From Desulfosoma sp. (GTDB lineage Bacteria; Desulfobacterota; Syntrophobacteria; Syntrophobacterales; DSM-9756): a stretch of 64,000 nucleotides of DNA. The DNA lies in the NCBI GenBank assembly GCA_037481835.1, contig JBBFKW010000004.1, positions 142,569 to 206,568 on the forward strand. Direction: 5' to 3'. Positions within the stretch are counted from its first letter, which is position 1. Each line of letters starts with the position of its first letter. Below, in pieces: positions 23,860-32,572 of this stretch. The notes beneath the pieces were generated by a model. The model was not told where the DNA came from, did not search any database, and saw only the letters and a program-made list of their open reading frames with translations. The position numbers and the translations under genes are program-made.

Positions 23860-24807
23860 TCAGCTCAAAAGCTCGTCGTTTCCCGCCACGCGGCGGACAA
23901 GATCCCGATAATCCTTGGCTCCCGGAGACCCCGGGGCATATTCGTAGATGGTCTTGCCGTAGCCCGGTGCTTCGGAGAGGCGGACATTGTAGCGGATCGG
24001 CGGGCACATCCGGCTGTTGTAGTAAGATGTCAACTGCTGCAGGATTTCTTCCGACTGCTTGACGCGTTTGTCCAGAAATGTGGGCACCACGTATTTCAGC
24101 GTGAGATCTTTATGATAGTTCTGGACGGAGGCGAGACTTCGGCAGAATTCCAGCAGTCCCTGAATGGCCATCACTTCGAGGCTCACCGGGATGAGCACTT
24201 CCTGCACGTAGAAAAGGACGTTGATCGTCAAGACGTCCCACCCCGGGGAGGTATCCACAATGACGTAATCGAATTGGCCGTCCAAAGGAGTGAGCGCCTC
24301 CGTCAGGGTCATTTCGCCCCGAAAATCCTTGCGTGCGATGAGCCGCTTGACGCCGGCCAAAGACCGCCCGCCCGCCAAGAGCCACAGCCGTTCCCGGGCT
24401 TGCATCAAGCATTCTTGCGGGATGAGTTCGCCCGTCATGAGTTCCGTCAGCCCCGCTTTCGGCTTGATGCCCAGCATGTAGGACGCCTGCCCCTGGGTGT
24501 CGGTATCCACCAAAAGTACGTTGAAGCCGGCCAGGGCCAAACCGGCAGCCAAGTTCACCGCCGTGGTCGTTTTCCCCACGCCTCCTTTGCTCAGCGACAC
24601 GGCGATGCGCCGCATGGAGGAAGTCGGGCTTTGCGGGGACGCGGCAGGTTCGGGCGGGGCCGCGGGCGGCTCCGCATCGGGAACGCTGGGCCTGGGAATG
24701 GGGAACTTATGGCCGCAGAAGACGCATTTTGCCGCCTTGACCTTGTCCGAAAGGCGGGTTTCATCGACTTTATGCTGCCTTTTGCAGCTGGGGCAAACGA
24801 TGATCAT
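23860..24807 (-). CDS. ParA/Soj-family ATPase with N-terminal MJ0042-type zinc ribbon
   Basis: MIIVCPSC...KCVFCGHKF, Pro-rich linker, deviant Walker A KGGVGKTT, DTDTQG, IVDTSP, IRYNVRLSEAP; ATGA overlap with the upstream gene. Confidence 0.88.
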   Translation of the reverse strand: MIIVCPSCKRQHKVDETRLSDKVKAAKCVFCGHKFPIPRPSVPDAEPPAAPPEPAASPQSPTSSMRRIAVSLSKGGVGKTTTAVNLAAGLALAGFNVLLVDTDTQGQASYMLGIKPKAGLTELMTGELIPQECLMQARERLWLLAGGRSLAGVKRLIARKDFRGEMTLTEALTPLDGQFDYVIVDTSPGWDVLTINVLFYVQEVLIPVSLEVMAIQGLLEFCRSLASVQNYHKDLTLKYVVPTFLDKRVKQSEEILQQLTSYYNSRMCPPIRYNVRLSEAPGYGKTIYEYAPGSPGAKDYRDLVRRVAGNDELLS

Positions 24808-25268
24808 GTGACTTCTTCTCCCGGTTTGGTCCTCGCGATGGGCCGCTCTTCCTTCGCTCTTCGACACACGTCCTGAAGCATCCGAAACAATCGGCTCTTC
24901 GGCCCTTTGGTGTCCAGTTCCTGAAGGGCCGCCCGCAGGGCCGTTTCCACGATCACGGACTTGGAAACCTTCGGCCTGAGCCCCTCGGATTCGGCCTCCG
25001 TGAGCTTTTCCTGGGCCTTTTCCAAATGTTGAATGATGAGCTTGGTCAGGTAGTAAGTGACCTTCTTCTTGGGGCGTGCATCCTTGGGTTGGGCGGTGTA
25101 CGCCTGCCGCGCTTGGGCCGTCTCGGAACCGTTACGGTGTTCCAGGCGCCTCAGGTAGAAGGCCAGCCTTTCAATGATGTCGTTTTCTTCCGTGGTGATT
25201 TTGGGCGCTTCTCCATTGAGTAAGGCTCCCATGATATCCATCGGTTCCTTCTGACGAGACGGCGCCAC
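24804..25268 (-). CDS. Hypothetical protein with ribbon-helix-helix-like C-terminal half (probable ParA partner)
   Basis: GTG start at 25268 with AGGAGG RBS; KKKVTYYLT strand, helix, then VSKSVIVETALRAAL helix. Confidence 0.65.
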   Translation of the reverse strand: MAPSRQKEPMDIMGALLNGEAPKITTEENDIIERLAFYLRRLEHRNGSETAQARQAYTAQPKDARPKKKVTYYLTKLIIQHLEKAQEKLTEAESEGLRPKVSKSVIVETALRAALQELDTKGPKSRLFRMLQDVCRRAKEERPIARTKPGEEVT

Positions 25269-25384
25269 CGGAAATCCTCCTATGCCCCCCAATGTTTCCA
25301 AGCCCCAGAACGGCTCACCCATGTTCACGCATCCTTCGGCAACGCGAGGGCATGGAGCCCTCGGGTCCTTCACGGTTGACCGCC

Positions 25385-25804
25385 TCACCCTTGGGCAAAA
25401 AAACGCTCCCGCGCCTTGTGCACAAAATCCACCATGAAGGCTCGGGCGTCCTCGTCCACGTCCAGGGAAAGCCCGTACAGATAGCCGCCGTACTCCAACG
25501 GGGTCACGTGGCGCACCGTGCCTTCACCGCGGATATCCCTTCCGTCACATCGAAGATGCACGGAAACCATCCTCTGGCCGACCTCTGCAAGATCGGCGGA
25601 GTCCGCTAAAAATCCCACGCCGCCTTCGCTAATGTTGGCCACCTGATAGGAAACACCGGAAATGCGCAACTCCACAGGGGTCTGCTCGTTGACCGGCACC
25701 CGGAACGTTTTACGAACCACGGTCTCGCTCCCCAGAGCGCTGCTCAATTCCAGGGTCTCCTCCAAATCTTTCAAGCTTTCCAGAAGGCTTTCCTGTTTCG
25801 TCAT
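25385..25804 (-). CDS. Stand-alone PilZ-domain protein
   Basis: RKTFR (RxxxR) and NISEGG (D/NxSxxG) c-di-GMP-binding motifs; GGAGG RBS. Confidence 0.8.
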   Translation of the reverse strand: MTKQESLLESLKDLEETLELSSALGSETVVRKTFRVPVNEQTPVELRISGVSYQVANISEGGVGFLADSADLAEVGQRMVSVHLRCDGRDIRGEGTVRHVTPLEYGGYLYGLSLDVDEDARAFMVDFVHKARERFFAQG

Positions 25805-25912
25805 CGAGTCTTCCTCCGCAGCCGTGACGCACACACCCCGTCTCGAACCCTAAATAAGCGGGGCCGCCTCTGCTCGTCGGTCCACATCCTCTTTTAGGCC
25901 GTTCATTTTTAT

Positions 25913-25939
25913 ATTTCGGCATTCCATTGTTCGGCCTTA
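25913..25939 (-). promoter_or_regulatory. Putative sigma-28 (FliA-type) promoter
   Basis: Minus strand TAAG-N15-GCCGAAAT versus consensus TAAA-N15-GCCGATAA, about 110 nt upstream of the PilZ gene. Confidence 0.55.
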
Positions 25940-26071
25940 AACACTTTTCCCGTCTTTGTTCTCCCTTGAAGCCCGGGGAGAGCCGACGCGCCGCCGGGGC
26001 CTTATCGGGAGCGGCAGATCCCTCCCGCCGCGGAGCCCGTCCCGGCCCGAAGTCGGGTTCCCGGGCCTTTC

Positions 26072-26100
26072 TTGAAAAAGAGGCGCTCCGCGCTTATAGT
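26072..26100 (+). promoter_or_regulatory. Putative sigma-70 promoter for the ClpX-like/ahb operon
   Basis: TTGAAA-N17-TATAGT. Confidence 0.6.
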
Positions 26101-26155
26101 GATGGAGCATGCAGCAAAACTTTCTCCTTCGGAGAAGCCGAAAGCCAGGTGCCCT

Positions 26156-27949
26156 ATGGACGATCTATGCCAAAAATTTCCCGATCAAGAACAATTGGAA
26201 AAAGAGCTCAGCGAGTTTCTTTCCAAGAAATACGGACGCCCGATCCGGGTGATTTCCCCCATGATGGTCGCCCAGCCCAAAAGCGCCGAATCCAAGAAAT
26301 CCGGCTCGGAAAACGTGCGCAAAATCCAGTTCGACATGAAACCTGAAGAGCTGGAAGCTTACTTGGATCAATACGTCGTCAAACAAGACCAGGCCAAAGC
26401 CATCTTGGCCACAAAGATCTGCACCCATTACAACCGGATCAAATGGCGCATGGAGCGGGGACAGCGAAACGCGGATCCCGTCGGGCGCATCAAGAATAAC
26501 ATCATCCTCATGGGGCCGACCGGCGTCGGGAAGACCTACCTCATCAAGCTCATCGCTCAAAAAATCGGTGTGCCCTTCGTCAAGGGGGACGCCACCAAGT
26601 TCAGCGAAACCGGCTATGTGGGCGGAGACGTGGAAGACCTGGTACGAGACCTGGTGCGCGCCGCCGACGACGACTTGGAACTGGCCCAGTACGGCATCAT
26701 CTACATCGACGAAATCGACAAGATCGCCTCTTCGTCCCACATCCTCGGGCCCGATGTATCCCGCACCGGGGTTCAGCGGGCTCTTTTGAAACCCATGGAA
26801 GAAACAGAGGTGGATCTCCGCGTTCCCCACGATCCCATCTCCCAGCTGCAGGCCATCGAACAATACCGTCGAACCGGAAAACGCGACAAACAAACCATCA
26901 ACACCAAGAACATCCTGTTCATCGTCAGCGGCGCATTCAACGGGCTGGCCGACATCGTCAAAAAGCGCCTCCAACAGCAGGGCGTGGGCTTCAAGGCCGC
27001 CGTGCACAGCCGCGGCGACGACTCCAAGTTCCTCCAGCACGTCAAGGCGGAAGATCTCATCGAGTTTGGCTTCGAAAGCGAATTCGTGGGGCGCCTTCCC
27101 GTGATCGCCGTCCTGGAACCCTTGGAAGTGGAAGACCTCTATCAGATCCTCAAAAATCCCCACAGCCCGGTCATCCAAGGCAAGAAGGAAGACTTCCGCT
27201 GCTACGGCATCGACCTCAAGTTCGAAGACGAGGCGTTCTGGACACTGGCGGAAATGGCTTTCCAGGAAAAGACAGGGGCACGGGGGCTGGTCAGCGTCAT
27301 CGAGCGGGTTCTGCTCGGTTTCGAAAAGCGGCTTCCCTCGACCAACATCCGCTCTCTGGTGGTGACCAGAGAACTCGTCCTGCATCCTCAGGAAACTTTA
27401 GAGGCCATTCTGAAGGATCCCGAATCGCCCGAACGGCGCAGCCTCTACGAGCGCATCGTCCGGGAGGAAAAGGAAGCCGTTCGTGACCAGGTGCTTAAGA
27501 AGAAAAAGCACTACGTGCAGAATTACCCGTTCGTCTTCACCCCGGGGCGCCTCGAATTGCTGGTGGACCAGCACGTGAAAACCGGCGAACCCATTGAGGG
27601 CCTCTTCGACGTCCTGATCACCTTGTACAACCAGATCAAGGTCTTCGAGGATGAGTTCCACGACAATCAAGGGTTCAAGATCCACTTCGACGACCACGCC
27701 ATCACGGCCATCATGTTCAAGGCGCTGGCGGAAGACAAGACGGCCACGGCCGTGTGCCGAGAAATTTCACGGGACTACGACTATGCGTTCCGCCTTGTCG
27801 CCGAAAGGAGCGGGCAGATCCAGTTCATTCTGCCCAAGGAGGCTGTGGATGCTCCGGAAAGCTACCTGGATCAGCTCATCCGCGATACGTACCGAAAGCA
27901 TCCCCTGCCCGGCGACGCCGCTTCGTCCGAGAAAGGATCCTCCCAATGA
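26156..27949 (+). CDS. ClpX-like AAA+ ATPase lacking the N-terminal zinc finger, with C-terminal extension
   Basis: GPTGVGKT, DATKFSETGYVG, IIYIDEIDKI, DVSRTGVQRALLK, VGF loop, EFVGRLP, TGARGL. Confidence 0.85.
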   Translation: MDDLCQKFPDQEQLEKELSEFLSKKYGRPIRVISPMMVAQPKSAESKKSGSENVRKIQFDMKPEELEAYLDQYVVKQDQAKAILATKICTHYNRIKWRMERGQRNADPVGRIKNNIILMGPTGVGKTYLIKLIAQKIGVPFVKGDATKFSETGYVGGDVEDLVRDLVRAADDDLELAQYGIIYIDEIDKIASSSHILGPDVSRTGVQRALLKPMEETEVDLRVPHDPISQLQAIEQYRRTGKRDKQTINTKNILFIVSGAFNGLADIVKKRLQQQGVGFKAAVHSRGDDSKFLQHVKAEDLIEFGFESEFVGRLPVIAVLEPLEVEDLYQILKNPHSPVIQGKKEDFRCYGIDLKFEDEAFWTLAEMAFQEKTGARGLVSVIERVLLGFEKRLPSTNIRSLVVTRELVLHPQETLEAILKDPESPERRSLYERIVREEKEAVRDQVLKKKKHYVQNYPFVFTPGRLELLVDQHVKTGEPIEGLFDVLITLYNQIKVFEDEFHDNQGFKIHFDDHAITAIMFKALAEDKTATAVCREISRDYDYAFRLVAERSGQIQFILPKEAVDAPESYLDQLIRDTYRKHPLPGDAASSEKGSSQ

Positions 27950-29136
27950 TCGGTATCTCCAAACTCTACTGCGGCACGGTGGAACCGTCCGACGCCCTGC
28001 GCTATGGACGGCACAGCGGCCGGCTCCCTTCCCATCTCCTGCAGTTTTCCCAGGACAAGAAACCCGTCGTGGTCTGGAACATGACCCGCCGATGCAACCT
28101 GAAATGCGTCCACTGTTATGCGCAGGCTTTGGATCGCGATTTTCCCGATGAACTGACCACGGCGGAAGGCAAGGCGCTCTTGGACGACCTGGCCGCCTTC
28201 GGCTGCCCTGTGGTGCTCTTTTCCGGCGGCGAACCGCTCCTCAGGCCGGATCTGGTGGAACTGGCGGCCTACGCCGTGGCCAAGGGCATGCGCGCGGTGA
28301 TTTCCACCAACGGGACCCTCATCACCCCCCAGGTGGCGCGTCAACTCAAAGACATCGGTCTGTCCTACGTGGGGATCAGTCTGGACGGCATGGAGGAGGT
28401 CAACGACCGGTTCCGGGGCGTCAAGGGCGCTTTTCGCCGGGCTTTGGACGGCATTGCGGCCTGCCAGGAAGCCGGCATCAAGGTGGGGCTGCGGTTTACC
28501 ATGAATCGAAGAAACGCCGCCGAAATCCCTGCGATCTTCGATCTTCTGGAATCCCACGACATCCCCAGGGTCTGTTTCTATCACCTCGTCTATGCCGGCC
28601 GCGGCTCCAAGCTCATGGAAGACGATCTCAGCCACGAAGAAACCCGCCGCGCCGTCGACCTCATCATCGACCGCACCGCCGATCTGCACCGTCGGGGAAA
28701 GCCCAAGGAAGTGCTCACCGTGGACAACCATGCCGACGGCCCCTACGTGTACCTGCGCATGGTGCGGGAAGGTTCGCCGCGAGCCCCGGACGTGCTGAGG
28801 CTCTTGGAAATGAACGAAGGGAACAATTCCGGCCGTGGGATCGGCTGCGTGAGCTGGGACGGCCAGGTCCATGCCGACCAGTTCTGGCGCCATTACACGT
28901 TCGGAAATATCCGGCAACGCCCGTTCAGCACCATTTGGACGGATCTGTCCAACCCCTTGATGGCCCGCCTGAAAGACAAGAAACGCTACGTCGCCGGCCG
29001 ATGCGCCCGGTGCCGGTGGCTTTCCGTGTGCGGAGGCAACTTCCGCGTGCGCGCGGAAGCCGCAACGGGCGATCTGTGGGCCCCCGATCCGGCCTGCTAC
29101 CTCACCGATGAAGAAATCGGCCTCGAGCCCATGTGA
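27946..29136 (+). CDS. ahbC: 12,18-didecarboxysiroheme deacetylase (Fe-coproporphyrin III synthase), radical SAM
   Basis: MIGISKLYCGTVEPSDALRYGR N-terminus, CNLKCVHC, TVDNHADG, SPASM cysteines; adjacent to hemB. Confidence 0.9.
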   Translation: MIGISKLYCGTVEPSDALRYGRHSGRLPSHLLQFSQDKKPVVVWNMTRRCNLKCVHCYAQALDRDFPDELTTAEGKALLDDLAAFGCPVVLFSGGEPLLRPDLVELAAYAVAKGMRAVISTNGTLITPQVARQLKDIGLSYVGISLDGMEEVNDRFRGVKGAFRRALDGIAACQEAGIKVGLRFTMNRRNAAEIPAIFDLLESHDIPRVCFYHLVYAGRGSKLMEDDLSHEETRRAVDLIIDRTADLHRRGKPKEVLTVDNHADGPYVYLRMVREGSPRAPDVLRLLEMNEGNNSGRGIGCVSWDGQVHADQFWRHYTFGNIRQRPFSTIWTDLSNPLMARLKDKKRYVAGRCARCRWLSVCGGNFRVRAEAATGDLWAPDPACYLTDEEIGLEPM

Positions 29137-29154
29137 GCGAAGGAGGTTCCCCCA

Positions 29155-30132
29155 ATGTGGTTTCCCGAGTACCGCCCGAGGCGTTTGCGACGGACGGAAA
29201 ATCTGCGGCGCATGGTGCGAGAAACCCGGCTCAGCCCGGACATGTTCATTTACCCGCTTTTCGTCCGCGCGGGACGCGGGATCCGGCAGGCCGTGCCGTC
29301 CATGCCCGGAGTGTTCCAGCTTTCGCGGGACACCGCAGCCACCGAAGCTCAGGAGGCCAAGGATCTGGGCATTCCCGCGGTCATTCTCTTCGGGCTTCCG
29401 GAAAAAAAGGACGATAGAGGCTCCGAAGCCTATGCTCCCGACGGGGTGGTCCAAGAAGCCGTGCGCTCCATCAAGGACCGGTGCCCGGACCTGGTGGTCA
29501 TCACCGACGTGTGCCTGTGCGAATACACCAGCCACGGTCATTGCGGCGTGCTTCGAGGCCGTGAAGTGGACAACGACCCCACGCTGGAGATCCTGGCCCG
29601 CATTGCAGTGTCCCACGCCCAGGCGGGGGCCGACATGGTGGCCCCGTCGGATATGATGGACGGACGCGTCGGCGCCATTCGCGAAGGACTCGACGCCGAA
29701 GGCTTCTCCCAGACGGCCGTGATGGCCTATTCGGCCAAGTACTGCTCCGCCTTTTACGGACCCTTTCGGGAAGCGGCGGAATCGGCCCCTCAATTCGGGG
29801 ATCGGCGCGCCTACCAGATGGACCCGCCCAACGCTCGGGAGGCCCTTCGAGAAATCCAGCTGGATATCGAAGAAGGGGCGGACATTATCATGGTCAAGCC
29901 CGCCTTGGCTTACTTGGATATCATCCGGCGCGTGCGCGAAGAATTCGACTGGCCCTTGGCGGCCTACAACGTGAGCGGCGAATACGCCATGATCAAGGCC
30001 GCAGCGGCCAACGGCTGGCTCGACGAACAGCGGGCCATGATGGAGGTCCTGACCGCCATCCACAGGGCCGGAGCGGATCAGATCATCACCTATTTCGCCA
30101 AGGACGCCGCCAGGCTTCTGGCCTCAGCGTGA
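29155..30132 (+). CDS. hemB: Porphobilinogen synthase (Zn-type)
   Basis: [45 protein letters not shown]. Confidence 0.98.
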   Translation: MWFPEYRPRRLRRTENLRRMVRETRLSPDMFIYPLFVRAGRGIRQAVPSMPGVFQLSRDTAATEAQEAKDLGIPAVILFGLPEKKDDRGSEAYAPDGVVQEAVRSIKDRCPDLVVITDVCLCEYTSHGHCGVLRGREVDNDPTLEILARIAVSHAQAGADMVAPSDMMDGRVGAIREGLDAEGFSQTAVMAYSAKYCSAFYGPFREAAESAPQFGDRRAYQMDPPNAREALREIQLDIEEGADIIMVKPALAYLDIIRRVREEFDWPLAAYNVSGEYAMIKAAAANGWLDEQRAMMEVLTAIHRAGADQIITYFAKDAARLLASA

Positions 30133-30157
30133 AAGGCGCACCTGCCGAGGAACCTCT

Positions 30158-31282
30158 ATGCCATCCGATGAACCAACCAAAGACACCGCTTCCCACCCGG
30201 CAACGGCCCCGTCCGCCCACGGGCACGGGTGGACCCTCCGCCTGGTCGCGTGGGAAGTCACCCGCACGTGCAATCTCTCCTGCGTGCATTGCCGCGCCGC
30301 CGCCATGGACAAACCCTACGCCGACGAACTCACCACCGAGGAATGTTTGCGCCTCCTGGACGACATCGCACGCGTCGGCACCCCCATCGTCATCCTCACC
30401 GGCGGAGAACCCCTTCTGCGTCCGGACATTTTCGAACTGGCCGCTTACGGCCATGAAAAAGGGCTTCGGATGACCATGGCGCCCAACGGCACCCTGGTCA
30501 CCCCTGAAGCGGCGCGCCGCATGAAAGAAGTGGGCATCCAGAGAATCAGCATCAGTCTGGATGGAGCCGACGCCGAAAGCCACGACAGTTTTCGTCGAAT
30601 GCCCGGCGCCTTTCAAGGGGCGCTGCGCGGCATCCGCAACGCCAAGGAAGCCGCCCTGCCTTTTCAGATCAACACCACCATCACGGGGGCCAACCTTCAC
30701 GAACTGCCGAAAATCCAGGAACTCGCCGTGTCCCTGGGCGCCGCGGCACATCACATCTTCCTTCTCGTGCCCGTCGGGCGGGGCAAGAACCTGGAAGAGC
30801 AGACAATCAACGCCGAACAGTATGAAAAAATTCTCCATTGGTTCTACGAACAACGCGACAAGGTTCCGCTGCAGCTCAAGGCCACCTGCGCCCCGCACTA
30901 TTACCGGATCCTGAGACAACGGGCCCGGATGGAAGGGCGCCCGGTGGATCAGAAAACTTTCGGGCTGGACGCCATGACGCGAGGGTGTTTGGGCGGGACC
31001 GGCTTTTGCTTTATCTCCCATGTGGGCACCGTCCAGCCCTGTGGCTACCTGGAAGTGGATTGCGGCAACGTGCGACATCGGACGTTTCAGGACATCTGGG
31101 AGAACTCGGACGTCTTCCGGCGCCTCAGGAATTTCAAGGCGCTGGAAGGCAAGTGCGGTCGATGCGAATTCGTGAGAGTCTGCGGGGGATGTCGCGCTCG
31201 AGCCTATGAAGCCACCGGCAATTACATGGCCGAAGAGCCTTTGTGTTTGTACGAACCGGGACGCGTCTCCTCCGGCCCGTGA
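30158..31282 (+). CDS. ahbD: Heme b synthase, radical SAM/SPASM
   Basis: LRLVAWEVTRTCNLSCVHC, KATCAPHYYR, TRGCLGG, SPASM cysteines. Confidence 0.9.
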   Translation: MPSDEPTKDTASHPATAPSAHGHGWTLRLVAWEVTRTCNLSCVHCRAAAMDKPYADELTTEECLRLLDDIARVGTPIVILTGGEPLLRPDIFELAAYGHEKGLRMTMAPNGTLVTPEAARRMKEVGIQRISISLDGADAESHDSFRRMPGAFQGALRGIRNAKEAALPFQINTTITGANLHELPKIQELAVSLGAAAHHIFLLVPVGRGKNLEEQTINAEQYEKILHWFYEQRDKVPLQLKATCAPHYYRILRQRARMEGRPVDQKTFGLDAMTRGCLGGTGFCFISHVGTVQPCGYLEVDCGNVRHRTFQDIWENSDVFRRLRNFKALEGKCGRCEFVRVCGGCRARAYEATGNYMAEEPLCLYEPGRVSSGP

Positions 31283-31336
31283 CGGGATGCCCCTTCGCTC
31301 CCGAAACGGCCCTCCAGGGCCCCGGGCCCTTGCCGT

Positions 31337-32404
31337 TCAGGGACTGACCACGAAAACCTCGACGGCGAGCCACTCCTCCGGCTGGGCATCGGTTTGGACT
31401 TTCAGGGTCGTGCGTTTCCGCGACCCGGCAGGAACGGCTTCCAGCTTGGCAGAGACATCCAACACATAGCCCGGGGGAGCCTCTTGGGGCGTTGCGACCA
31501 CGTCCAAAAGCTCCCGATCATAGTCCACCTTGGTGATGCGGAACGCCGCGCCGGTATGGCTCACCACCAGCACTCTGCCCACCCGGTTCGCCATGTCCCC
31601 CTTTACCTTGCCGACAAGGAGACTCGTGGGCCGAATGCCGATGGGCCCTTCCACCATGCCTCGAACGGAAATCAACACCTCGGGTTTTTGCGGATGATCC
31701 GTGACCAATCGAATGAACCCCGAATAGGTTCCGCGCTCGGCCTGGTTCGTTACCACGACGCGGTATCGCGCACCTTCCGCCAGGGGTTCGACCTTGACCG
31801 AGACCTCCTTTTTCAGGTCGCTCTCCACTCGGAGAATATGCATGGGCGTCTTGGTGCTTTCCACTTCCAGGTCCTGAGGCTTCAAGGCCGCCGCCGGCCC
31901 TCGAAAGACCACCGTATCGCTCGGGCGAATGTCCACGAAGGGGACGACCTTGGCACTGACCGACAGGGACACCCGCGGGGTTTGGGGGTCGTTGCAATAA
32001 ACCGTCGCACTCTTGTTCACCGTGCCTCGGTATCCTGCGAGGTTGACTGACAGGGTCACTTTTCCCTCCCCGCCCGGAGGGATCTCCCGGTCAAACCGGG
32101 CCACGCTGCAGCCTCAGCCAGGGCGGACTTGTTCGATGGTCAAGGGGGCGTTGCCTTCGTTGCGGACCACGAAGTCGTGGGAAATGATCCCGTTTTCCAT
32201 GACTTCGCCGAGATTTGCATGGGGGCTTTCCACGAGGATCTTGGGAGTAGGTTGCGTCTTCGGGGCTTCCGATGCCAGAGCTGCCGAAGGTGGGCAAACG
32301 TTGGCGCCCCATGGAAGGAACAAGACAAGGACACATATGGCTCCCCAGACCTTAAGCCGATGTCTTGCCCCGTGTCTTCCGACCTCGCAACTCCCTTGCC
32401 GCAT
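31337..32404 (-). CDS. Exported DUF1573-like Ig-domain protein, probable selenoprotein (UGA read-through at codon 97)
   Basis: ORFs 32114-32404 and 31337-32104 are in frame and joined by TGA-GGC-TGC-AGC: HDFVVRNEGNAPLTIEQVRPG-U-GCSVARFDREIPPGGEGKV. This matches the DUF1573 pattern F.N.G..PL.I..V..sCGCt.......i.PG. Signal peptide present. Confidence 0.78.
32086..32100 (-). promoter_or_regulatory. SECIS-like hairpin
   Basis: CCCGGU-UUG-ACCGGG, a 6-bp stem with G in the loop, starting 14 nt after the in-frame UGA. Confidence 0.55.
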
Positions 32405-32572
32405 GGGCCTTATCCTTATTCGTTTTCGTTTAAGGAAGCCGTTTCCAGCTTACTGTTCGCGTTCGTTGGACTCACCCCAACCTACGTATAAAAATCCAGG
32501 GTTTGCCCGATCGGCCCCCATGCCCCGACCGACGGATCGGCCGGCGTCAGGGAGGCTCCAGCACCGTCGCCA

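Noticed and set aside
32114..32116. Interpretation of the DUF1573-like gene as a nonsense pseudogene or two genes
   Set aside because: The stop is TGA at a conserved Cys position with a downstream hairpin and no other lesion. Sec read-through is the better explanation, though unproven.
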